Below are positions 38,045-49,250 of a stretch of 64,000 nucleotides of DNA, in pieces. The position numbers were made by a program, and so were the translations under genes. Numbering within the stretch: position 1 is the stretch's first letter; every line of letters starts with the position of its first letter. Under the pieces are notes generated by a model. The model had not been told where the DNA came from. It saw only the letters and a program-made list of their open reading frames with translations, and ran no database searches. Source of the stretch: Cetorhinus maximus (taxonomy: Eukaryota); the NCBI RefSeq assembly GCF_964194155.1, contig NC_135893.1, positions 22,630,001 through 22,694,000 of the forward strand. The letters run 5' to 3'.

Positions 38045-39298
38045 GTAAATATGGAAATTCTATCGTCTTGTTTCTGCTGGTCTCCTTCCATGTTTGTGCT
38101 GCTATTTGACAATTGAATTGACTCCTGTGAGGGTTAAAATACTGCCCACAGAATTTGTTGTAGGACACCTGTACAGGATTCTTCTGATAAGAGTTACTCA
38201 TGGTGTAACTATGGGCTTTTGCTTATTAAGCAGTGTTGATAATTAATTAAAATGTTGGGAAATTTAATTCAATAATTTTGTTAAATATAATGAGCTAACA
38301 AATGTACCTAGTTAGAAAAAGGTTTTCATGCACAGTTTTGGGATTGTAATATGCCTTAGTTTCAGACAGCTTCTGTATTACAGTTGTGGCTCCTCAGAAT
38401 TGTAGTCCTGTGGCTGCTTAAGGACACATTTAGTACACTTTGCCTGGTTACAGAAGGTTTGCAGGATGTTTAAAAGCTCAGCAGCATGTGCAGTGCTGCT
38501 TGTGGAAGTGTGAGTAAGGGTGAGGTGGTGGGTTGTCAAAGACAAGGTGAGGGATGAGATTGTGATCTTTTATGTATTGTATGATAAATTACATTTTTGA
38601 GGGTATATAGTGAAGAAGTGCAGTAGGTGAGGAACGAGCTTCACCATTTTGAATGCAATGGGAAATTGGAAAGGGAGGTTTGGATATGATTGGTTATTTT
38701 CTGCTTTCATTATTGTCCAATTAAAAATAAGACTTAGACCCTTAACCTATGAGGAAGAAAATTGACAGTTTTAGCAGGTGCCAGCCTGAGCTCAGTGGTA
38801 GCTCCTTGGTCACTATTTATCTCTAAAGCAACAAACTAAAACAAATGATCTGGTCCTTTATCTCATTGCTGTTTGTAGGACTTTGCTGTGCACTAATTGC
38901 CTAATTCACAATTGTTCTTTCTTTAATGGTCATGACAAACTCGAGAAGTTTCATTGTTGCTCACAAATAACCACTTGGATGAATAGCCACAGGACAGCCA
39001 GTGCCTGTGGAACTGTACCCTGGCGAAGAGTCAGTGGTTTTAGACATGAAGGGGAGGACATTTGCACAAGAACCCCGAGAAATTCTTAGGCAACTTTGAA
39101 CAATATAGCCATAATGAATAATAACATTAACAGAATGCTCTTCTAACAGCTCATTAAACAGAGGCAGAGTTATTAATTAATACTGAGCTAAGTGATCAGT
39201 ATGGCTGTGCTCATTACTGCTCACTCATGGCTGTTGTGTACTATGTACTGTCTCAATGGTTAAGTAATTCTTTCCGCTTTGTGCTATTTCTCCATAAG

Positions 39299-39425
39299 AT
39301 AAGTTTACAAGAGTGTTGCGAGAGCAGCAGTTGGAACGAGCACGGCGAGAACAGGAGCGGATCCGACTTCTAAATGCTGACCCCTTTGACCTGGAGGCAC
39401 AGGCCAAAATTGAGGAAGACATCAG
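39299..39425 (+). CDS. ddi2: DDI2 exon 4
   Basis: [43 protein letters not shown]. Confidence 0.95.
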
Positions 39426-40454
39426 GTATAGAGCCATTGCTGTTTGAGGCCTTGAGTTTTCCTACTTAACACTTGTTGCACTCCAAAGTAATTCATTGTG
39501 TGAAACAATTGAAGATATTTTGGTGGTGTTAAGTGCTCTGTAATCACAGGGGCTTATTTTTCTTTGTTCTTCCTATTTTTCTTACACTTAGAGCATCTAA
39601 GGTTGTCTGTATTGAGTGGTTTCTGTCTGAACACAAGAACACAAAATTTGGTGCCCTACATTGGGGAGGGGGAAATTCGAGCAGTACTCCTAAGTGCCCC
39701 CTGCTGGAATGTGAACAGTGTTGATTGAGGACAAATTTAGGCTCAACTGTGATGCAGTCTACAGTTGAATAGCTTGCCAACAGAGTCTTATTTTACATAA
39801 GAATGATGGATACTTGAACATGGTACCAGGGTGTGTTTAGAGCCCATGGAATCATACACTCGCAAGAAATCTGGGTGCTTTCAAATGAGATGGGGAGCAA
39901 ATTAGAAAGAAAAACATTTTTGATATATTCTTGTGCTTGCAGAATTATTGGGGAAATGTTATGCTGGTCCTAGGACGCTAGCAATTTTTTATTACTAGGT
40001 CACTAATTCCTTGTGCAAGTTTTGCTGCAGCACTTGAGAAATGATGGAGAGTTTTGTCCATGCACTGCTCGATTTTCCCAACCCCTCCGTATTCAGTCCT
40101 CCACTGGGAAGCACCCTGCATAGATGTCAGTTTACCTGGGCAATTGGAATTCTTGGATGGGTCAACCACTGTTCTCCTATTCATTCCATCTGTTTCATAG
40201 CACATATTCTGGTGTTACTGTATCTTATCAGTAGTACTCCCCACATCCCTCTACTGTTAGGAATTACATGTAGACACAAAAAAAGAGTGAAAGGGCAGGA
40301 TTGACGGTGCAGTGCTAATTTTAGCCATATACCTCAGGTAACCTCTGCTAGTGAATTTTGCTTGCTGAGTGCCAAGATCAGGCTTGTAGTTGTGGTGCTG
40401 GCATCTCTTCTACCTTATTCTGTTGTCCTGTTAACAGACATTTTTGTTTTCCAG

Positions 40455-40582
40455 GCAGCAGAACATTGAGGAGAACATGACAATTGCAATGGAAGAATCA
40501 CCGGAGAGCTTTGGTCAGGTGGTAATGCTCTACATCAATTGCAAGGTTAATGGGATGCCAGTCAAAGCATTTGTGGATTCAG
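40455..40582 (+). CDS. ddi2: DDI2 exon 5 (protease domain, catalytic Asp)
   Basis: [42 protein letters not shown](G). Confidence 0.96.
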
Positions 40583-41179
40583 GTGGGTTCATATGTGCTT
40601 GTATGATTAAATTATACATAGATTCTGAGTTAGTTTGAAACAATAATTGTAAAATCCTTGGTAGCATTAAAGCAGGCCAGGTTGGGAAGCAGGTTGGGTA
40701 AATGTGCAGGGAAAGTATATAGTTGAATGGTATCAGATGTACAAGATCCCTGTGTCTGACATAACAGTACATGGCAGCTACAGATGTATTACACCCACCA
40801 AGTTTATTACAGCACTATTATTCCATGTGTAGATGCTGTATTTGTTGTACACATACAATAGCCACTTGCAGCTATCCTCTATACAGGACATTAAATGCAC
40901 AATTGCTGCTTTGTACACCCATTCTCCATATACACATTAGTACACAATCATTAATGCCTATTACTTAATCTCATGGCTGCTCCTTCCATGTGTCCTGTAG
41001 ATAATTTTACCATTAGCACTCAAGACAAAAAACTTACATGCTGGAGTAAATATTTAAAATGGAATGATCAAATTACCTTTAGGCACATCAGTAAATGGGA
41101 CTGATACTATGGGGTTATGATCTAACAGTGAAATTGTGCACCCAATTTTGTCAATAAGTCTATACTGTCATTGATACAG

Positions 41180-41308
41180 GAGCACAGATGACAATCATGA
41201 GCCAGGCATGTGCTGAGAGGTGCAACATCATGCGCTTGGTTGATAGGCGGTGGGCGGGAATCGCCAAAGGTGTTGGAACACAGAAAATCATTGGCAGAGT
41301 TCACTTGG
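41180..41308 (+). CDS. ddi2: DDI2 exon 6
   Basis: [43 protein letters not shown]. Confidence 0.96.
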
Positions 41309-41714
41309 GTGAGTAATTTTAACATGATATGTATCTGATTTTTGAGAATTGCCAACATTACTATTTTATGAAGTAAAGTATCTGTAGTGCTTTGAATTTT
41401 AAATGGTTGGAGGAGATCACAAGGCTTTGTCCACATATATAAATAACCATTCCTATAGAACTAACAGTGATGGATATGATGTGGTGGGGTTTCCAGTTTT
41501 TTCCCCATCTGTCTTAAAGATGCGTTTTGGAGAGGATAGTATCTCACTATTTCTGATCTGCAGGGAGCTGATGTAACATTTGAGTAGTGCAGTGTCCTGG
41601 TCCCCATTCCTGGCATCAGAAAATGGAAGGAAAGAACATATTCCTACTTGAAACGATACAGAGAAACATATCCAAAAATAGTGCACTGGTCCAAGACAAA
41701 AATATTAACAGAAT

Positions 41715-42025
41715 ATAAGCAAAACGGACAGGAGTAGGCCATTTGGCCTTTTGAGTCTGTTTCACCATTCAATACGAGCATGGCTGAACTCTACCTCGGG
41801 TCACTTTCCCACACTACACTGATATCCCATAATTCTCTTAGTGTCCAAAAATCTATCAATCTACATCTTGAATTTACTCAACAATTGGAGAGCAAATTCC
41901 AAAGATCTATGAAACTTTGGATGAAGAAATCTCTCTTCATCTTGGTCCTAAATGGCCAATCCCTTACCATGAGACAGTGAGCTCTGTTTCTAGACTTCCC
42001 AGCCAGGGAAAACATCCTTCCCGCA
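41715..42025 (-). mobile_element. CR1 3' end fragment
   Basis: CAGGAGTAGGCCATTTGGCC is the reverse complement of the CR1 tail. Confidence 0.65.
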
Positions 42026-42379
42026 TTATTCACGACTTGATGTGTGCCATTTAGAAGCTACTCTTTGTTCTAATACGGATTCGAAATGTTAACTCTGTTT
42101 CTCTCTCCACATATGCTGCCAGACCTGTTGAGTTTTCCTAGCATTGTCTACTCTTGGTTCTGGTTTTTAGAGCTGGAGTGCCTCCCATTAGTTTCAGAGC
42201 AGTGTTATCAAGAGCTTCAGAAAGGAAGGGACTCTAATGTCAGTAGTTACAAAAAGGGAGCCACAGGAGAAATCAAATAGTTGTGCACAAAAACAGGGAA
42301 AAGGCAAGGGATGTTCAGTAGTCATTTGTTGTTGGCATTCAATTTAGCTGGCTTTAGTCGATATTTTGTCTTTTTACAG

Positions 42380-42483
42380 CCCAGGTTCAGATTGAAGGTG
42401 ACTTCCTCCCCTGCTCTTTCTCTCTCCTGGAAGACCAGCCAATGGATATGTTGCTTGGACTCGACATGCTCAAAAGGCACCAG
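42380..42483 (+). CDS. ddi2: DDI2 exon 7
   Basis: [35 protein letters not shown]. Confidence 0.96.
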
Positions 42484-42594
42484 GTAAGAAGTGAGCACCA
42501 ATTCTAGGCAATGGAGCCAAAGTCATTAGGATGAGGGTAGCATGATTCAAAATTTGGAGCTGAAATTGGATGAACTGTCAACGTTGATTCTGAT

Positions 42595-44300
42595 CATACG
42601 CCATGTCCCAGACACCTCCATCTGGCAGGTCAGCCCCAGCAGAGGTGGCAGCACAGTGGTATACAGTCAGGAGGGAGTTGCCCTGGCAATAACCTGCTCA
42701 CTGACGCCCAGTTTGGGTTCTGCCAGGGCCACTCAGCTCCTGACCTCATTACAGCCTTGGTTCAAACATGGACAAAAGAGCTGAACTCCCAAGGTGAGGT
42801 GAGTTGACTGCCTTTGACATCAAGGCCTCATTTGACCGAGTGTGACATCAAGGGAGCCCTAGCAGAACTGGAGTCAATGGGAATCGGGGGGGTGAAAACT
42901 CTCCACTGGTTGGAGTCATACCTAGCAGAAAAGAAGATGGTTGTGGTTGTTGGTCAATCATCTCAGTTCCAGGACATTAGGAATGCAGGAATTCCTCGGG
43001 GTAGTATCCTAGGCCTAACCATCTTTCAGCTGCTTCATCAATGACCTTCCTTCCATCGTAAAGTCGGAAATGGGGATGTTCGCTGATGATTGCACAAAGC
43101 TCAGCACCATTCGCGACTCCTCAGACACTGAAGCAGTCCCATGTCCAAATGCAGCAAGACCTGGACAATATCCCGGCTTGGGCTGACAAGTGGCAAGTAG
43201 CATTCGCTTCACACAAGTGCCAGGCAATGACCATCTCCAACAAGAGAGAATCTAACCATCGAACACATTCAATGGCATTACCATCGCTGAATCCCCCACT
43301 ATGATCATTCACCAAGGCTCCTTAGACTGCACCTTCCAAAACCACGACCACTACTATCTAGAAAAACAAGGGAAGCAGATAGGTAGAAATACCACCACCT
43401 GGAAGTTTGCCCCTAAGCCACTTACCATCCTGACTTGGCAATATATCACTGTTCCTTCACTGTTGCTGGGTCAAAATCCTGGAACTCCCTAACAGCACTG
43501 CGGGTGTGCCTACACCACATGGACTGCAGCAGTTCAAGAGGGCAGCTCACAACCGCCTTCTCAAGAGCAACTAGGCATGGGCAATAAATGTTGGCCCAGC
43601 CGGTGAAGCTCACATCCTGTGAATTAATAAAAAAAAATTTTTAAATCCTGGGGGTTACCATTGACCAGAAACTGAACTGGACTAGCCATATAAATACTGT
43701 GGCGACAAGAGCAGGTCAGAGGCTAGGAATCCTGCGGCGAGTAACTCACCTCCTGACTCCCCAAAGCCTGTCCATCATCAACCAGGCACAAATCAGGAGT
43801 GTGATGGAATACCCTCCATTTGTCTGGATGAGTGCAGCTCCAACAACACTCAAGAAGCTTGACACCATCAAGGACAAAGCAGCCTGCTGGATTGGCACCC
43901 CATCCACAAACATTCACTCCCTCCACCATTGACAAACAGTGGCAGCAGTGTGTACCATCTACAAGGTGCACTGCAGAAACACACCAAGGCTCCTTCGGCA
44001 GCACCTTCCAAACCCACGACTGCTACCATCTAGAAGGACAAGTACAGCAGATAAATGGGAACCCACTACCTGGAAGTTCCCCTCCAAGCCACTCACCATC
44101 CTGACTTGCAAATATATTGCTATTCTTTCACAGTTGCTGGGTCAAAATCCTGCAACTCCCTCCCTAACAGCACTGTGGATATACCAACACCACAGGGACT
44201 GCAGAGGTTCAAGAAGGCAGCTCACCACCACCTTCTCGAGGGCAATTAGGGATGGGCAATAAATGCTGGCCTAGCCAGCCATGCCCACATCTTATAAATT
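42595..44300 (+). mobile_element. Internally deleted CR1/L2-group LINE copy with a nested 3' fragment of the same family (about 43285-43640)
   Basis: Colinear with 21900-22010 and then 23358-24630; two 3' tails (about 43570-43635 and 44240-44300). Confidence 0.85.
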
Positions 44301-44311
44301 AATTTAGAAAA

Positions 44312-44407
44312 ACTAGGCCATTCATACTCGGCCATTTGTTCTGATCGTATGCCATTCACTAGGCCATTCATACTAGGCCATTAATTCTGATAATACTAGG
44401 CCATTCA
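44312..44407. repeat. Short minisatellite of (ACTA)GGCCATT(CA) units
   Basis: Six GCCATT cores in about 95 bp directly after a LINE tail. Confidence 0.7.
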
Positions 44408-45432
44408 CCCATTAGTACAACTGCAACTTACACTTTAACATCATAAAACGCCCCAAGGTTCTTCATTGAACAAATTTTATTTAGAATTTACTGGCTCCAG
44501 ATATAACTGGCAACAACAATTTCCTGCTTTGTGCTTCCCAGCGAAAACTGAACAGGCAGTTAAAATTGCCATTGGACTTGCCCACTCTCCTTCCCCCAAG
44601 CCCTGATTTTAACTTGCTGTTCTGAGCAGATGGAAAGAACACAACTGGAAACTGGTAGGGCTCCGATAACATCATTGGCACCTGTTATTTTAGCCAGAGA
44701 CCTGTGCAATTGAGCCATTGTGGATTTCTCACTCAACCAACCTAATGGGAAGAAGACATCGGGGCCAGTTTGATTACTCCTCTGGGTCCCACAAGGAAAA
44801 TTTAGGCCTGTCCTGCCCCAAGCCTCCCCACCCCAACCCCGATCCTGAGACCCTCCAGAATCCCTTACCTGTCTTTTGGTCCTAGATGTTGGCCTGCTGC
44901 TGCTTCAAATGGTGCCCCCACCCACCGAACATCTGCCACTTCCAGCCAGCTTTGGACAGGAGCCTGAATTGGCCCTGTGCAGATGAGGCCGGACCTCTCT
45001 GCTGAGGTTAACCTGGCTTCCCACCTGCCTCAGCACACCCCTGCATTACTGCTGCCACAAGTTAAAATCAGGGCTTTAGTGTCCAAGTTATAATATGAAG
45101 ACATGGCATTTTGGTGAAGTACTGGGGGTGCCCCACACTTTCTAAATTCGCAGCCCAGCAAGAGTCCAGGCCTTTTAGGAAAGGAGAGAAATTGGGTAGA
45201 GAAAACCCCGCAAACTGTTATCTCAACCAATGTAGACACGAAGAAGAGATAGTGATCTGGAGCGAACCCTACTTGATGATTAAAAGCTCTGCATATGAAG
45301 ATAACTTTTTGTCTCATATAATGAAGAATTAAACTAATTCCAAAGATTTAGTTGTTTATTTTTTTGGTTCACTGATTATTTTAATTTCTAGTGTTATAAA
45401 TGCAGGTGCTCGTTATTCCTGTCTCCTTGCAG

Positions 45433-45622
45433 TGTTCAATTGACCTGAAACGCAATGTGTTAGTTATCGGCACCACAGGAACAGAGACCCGCTTTTTATC
45501 TGAAGCAGAGCTACCGGAGTGTGCCAGGTTGGCATATGGTGTTCCACGAGATGATCTTCATCCTGAGGAGCTGGCAGATGCAGAACTGGCCGAGGCACTA
45601 CACAGATCGGCAGAGGAATCTG
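45433..45622 (+). CDS. ddi2: DDI2 exon 8 (end of protease, UIM)
   Basis: [36 protein letters not shown]...[16 protein letters not shown]; phase-1 donor G|GTAAAT. Confidence 0.96.
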
Positions 45623-46653
45623 GTAAATTTGCGACAAATCTTTTCCTATTACAGAATTGTGGTAATGTAGATTTAGTTGTGGAATGCAGTAATTTAAAAT
45701 TTGGTAACCAAGTGAACTACAGGATTATTTAAGGCAGAATGTCCCCCAACCCAGCTACCCAAATTCATGAGCAGTTAGTCTGTAGTAAAGGTTTCATTGA
45801 TAGATCCTGGGTGATGTCCTGGCTTCATGATTGTTCAGTATCAGGAAGGTAAGTAGAAATTTTTTCTTTTCTGTCTTTTCCAAAGCTTACTCAAAATTTT
45901 TGTGCCGTTGTTCCTTTGGCTTCATCAAGGTGGACCTTTGCTTGGGTGTAATCCCATCGGCACTGGCAGTCTCCGCTATCTCTCAAAGTGGCAAACTTTA
46001 GTTTGAGATTAAATAGTGAACATTCACAGGTCTTTGACCACAAAGGGGATCAAAGGTGAATCCAATCCTACTCCCACCCATGCATGACAAGGCTGGAGCT
46101 ACTGTATAGTGATCAAGAGCGGGAATCCTGTCTAATTTCCTCTCAGGGGCTAATTTAAGTGACCCTACTATAGCTACAGATGAAACTAATTTAGTCAGCA
46201 TGCACTGGAGATTGGATTTAGCACCTTCTGCTCTGTGTGGCTCAGTGCTACGTCAGTCAGAGCCCTTAGCCATTCATAATTAAAACCACATAGATTCACA
46301 CTATCTCCTGGGTGATGTGTGGGTCTATTCTCTTCCCTATGCCATTTTGTTATGTTTCAGTGTGTCTATAACATCATGCATCTATTTATAATTAACAAGA
46401 CATTGATATCTTCACACCAGTGCTTTTCATTTGGTCAGTCTAACCTCCATGTCAGCTCCAGAAGCTGGGGGTGTTAGTGGAGCGAATACTGTCTAATAAT
46501 ATCGCTCATACTTATGCTGTGATATATTTGTGTGGAATGTTAATCTGTTTGATATCCATGGTGATTCGTAATAGTATATGCATGTTGCATGCGTCCATTG
46601 CCTAATCAAGTTTGCTGTTTGGTTTGTTTTGGGTGTTTTTTTTATTCTAACAG

Positions 46654-46670
46654 GACGCCGGCATCACTGA
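46654..46670 (+). CDS. ddi2: DDI2 exon 9 coding part (GRRHH*); the exon extends to a donor at 46713
   Basis: Strong acceptor TTTTTTTTATTCTAACAG; G|GA CGC CGG CAT CAC TGA parallels the 5-residue human tail ERQKP; donor CAG|GTATTT. Confidence 0.85.
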
Positions 46671-47351
46671 TGCATGTTGCACTTTGCTGCCCCTGAAGAT
46701 GATCAGAGCCCAGGTATTTAATGTTCTTTTACTTTTAAATGACTTATTGTGGCACAACAGCCAAACGTACACACAGGAAATACTTGCATCAAACTACATG
46801 GTTGGCTTCACTGCATTGCCCTGAGGACCTGGATGGCCCTCATGACCAGCTGTGGCATAAGTGAACCACGCCACTAACTCGGCACGTGTACAATTCTTGG
46901 CTTCCTATCTGTTCACTATAATTTTTCCGATTGAACAGTTGGATCCCAGTGAATGCTTCAGTTTTTTAGCCTTTTTAACTCAACTGAGGCATTCCCTATT
47001 CACAAGCTAACTGGGTATTTCATTAGGCTACCCACTCACTCTGCAGTCTTAATAGAGTCGTATGGTATAGAAGGAGGTCATTTACCCCATTGTACATAAT
47101 TGCTTCTCTTTGAAAGAGCAATCCAATTAGTTCCACTCCCCTGCACTATTCCCATTGTCCTGCAGTTTTTTTTTCCTTTTCAAGTATCTATCTAATTCCT
47201 TTTTGGAAGTTACTATTGAATCTCCCTTTGAGGGGGTACATTCTTGATGGTAAAGTAAATTCCCCCTCTGGTTCTTTCGCCAGTTGTCTCAAATCTGTGT
47301 CCTCTGGCCATCAACCTTCCTGCTTGTGTAAACAGTTTCTTCTTTTATTTA

Positions 47352-47739
47352 TTTTTTATTCTTTCATGGGATGTGGGCGACACTGGCAAGGCCAGCACTT
47401 GTTGCCCATCCCTAATTGCCCCTGAACTGAGTGGCCTGCAGTGCCACTTGGAGTGCAGTTAAGAGTTACTGTGGGTTTGGAGTCACATGTAGACCAAACC
47501 AGATAAGGATGGCAGATTTCCTTCCCTAAAGGACATAAGTGAACCAGATGGGTTTTTACGACAATCGACAATGGTTTCACGGTCGCCATTACCGAAACTA
47601 ACTTTTAATTCCAGATTTATTAATTGAATTTAAATTCCACCAGCTGCCGTGGTGATATTTGAATCCTTTGTTCCTAGAACATTAGCCTGGGCCTCTGGTT
47701 ACTAGTCCGTAACATTACCACCACGCCACCATCTCCCCC
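47352..47739 (-). mobile_element. Full-length tRNA-derived SINE inserted in a CR1 fragment (about 47050-47830)
   Basis: Head GGTGGCGTGGTGG...GGATTCAAAT, body TTTAGGGAAGGAAATCTGCC, tail GGGGCAATTAGGGATGGGC...CCCATGAAAGAATAAAAAA. Confidence 0.85.
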
Positions 47740-48240
47740 TATTTATTCCATCAAAGCCCTTCATAATTTTGAACACCCTTATTAAATCTTCCCCTTACTT
47801 CATCTGCTCTAAGGAGAGCAACCCCTGCTCACCAGTTCCTGTATAAAGTTAGCAGAGATGCATTAAGTTAACGCACTGTGAAAACTTCTGATTTAATGCC
47901 TGGTTTGTGACTCTGTTGCTAGTCAAGAAATTACATAACTTGCTTGCCACATTTTAGGACACTTTACATTGTTTGCAGCATTACAAAGGAGTGATTGCTG
48001 TGTAACACCCTGCTAACAAGTTGTTTACATCCTCCAATAAGGTGCATCCTGCAATAAGTAATACATAATTTAATGATACATACTTAAACTCACTTTTAAG
48101 TTTCAATGCAGCTTACACTCGCCACATAACTGTTAGTCTTCAGGGAATGATGGCCTAGAGTAAGTTAGAGCAGTGTTGCTCACTAACTACAAGTATCTGA
48201 TTGAACTAAGCACCATGCATTTGAATTTTCCTATTACAAT

Positions 48241-48966
48241 GGGCAGGATTTTTCCTGCGGGCTTCTGAACTCTGCCGTTAGTCTCAAATTTGGGTCAGAA
48301 GCCCACACTCCGGGGGAAATGGTCACTAGTTGTGGTTTTCCCTAGAGCAGTCAGTTAAGGGCCAGAGGTTGGGCTCACTATCCAATTAAGGACAAAATGG
48401 GTAGGCTCTCTAAGCTGGAGGGCCAATAAGAGACCTTCCTGCTTGGAAGTAGCAGAAGATTGTGATGACAGGTACTTGAGGGAGAGGGAACATCAAAATG
48501 GAGGATCCTGTCTCCAACATTTTAAAATTTAAACCAAGAAATGGCTTTTGCAACCAGGCCACCACTGTAGGGGGGCAGCCCTCTAAAGGGCAGCCAGTGG
48601 CTGCTGCTGCAACCAGGCAGGCATGGAATGTCTCTCAGCCTGCCTGGAGCACTGGCCCTCTTGTCTACCACCAAGGGGCCATCTCCAGACAGCTAAACTG
48701 GCCCATGCAGCCTTCGGGAACCTGGAGGCTGACTGGAAAACCCCAGTTGACTTCCTTTAAGTGGCCGTTACCAAGTTGGATCAGCCACCCGCTGCTTACG
48801 GCCCTGTGGCCTCCTCTCCCCCCCACCCCAACCTCTGCCATTTCACCTCCATGAAAATGGCCCAGGTGCCAAACAGCTAGGGAAACCAGCATGCTAGCCA
48901 GCAGTTCTGTTTCTAACACCCACCTGCCTGCGATCGCAGCCCTAGTGGGCACTAAAAACCAAGCCC
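48241..48966. mobile_element. MITE-like element (GGGC termini, Harbinger-like)
   Basis: Imperfect TIRs GGGCAGGATTTTT / AAAAACCAAGCCC; similar ends to 60941-61620. Confidence 0.5.
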
Positions 48967-49250
48967 ATAGTCTTCCTCAGTTCAGTGAGGTCATCTTTTT
49001 TTCAGTTCTGAGCTCTCCAGTTACTATAACTGAACTTCTATTGTTCAATGAAATGCCTGTACCAAGGTTGAGCCATCTATAAAAGTGGTCATTAACATTG
49101 TCCACTTGATGCTGGTTTGGAAATGAATAGAAACGATAGAACGACAGGATAGTGCATTGCAACTGCTGTGTAATTTTGCTATAAGATGCTCTGGAATAAG
49201 ATGTATATATACCTGTAATCTAGGACTCAATTTCCTATTTTTTGTTTTAG

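Noticed and set aside
44312-44407. CRISPR-like repeat array
   Set aside because: Eukaryotic context, very short units and no unique spacers; it is a minisatellite.
45406-45432. Upstream in-frame acceptor adding VLVIPVSLQ to DDI2 exon 8
   Set aside because: Poor pyrimidine tract, and the insertion would fall in the protease fold; homology supports 45433.
49157-49250. N-terminal 31 aa of the 710-aa ORF in the track
   Set aside because: Starts at TTG inside intron sequence and includes the polypyrimidine tract; the exon begins at 49251.
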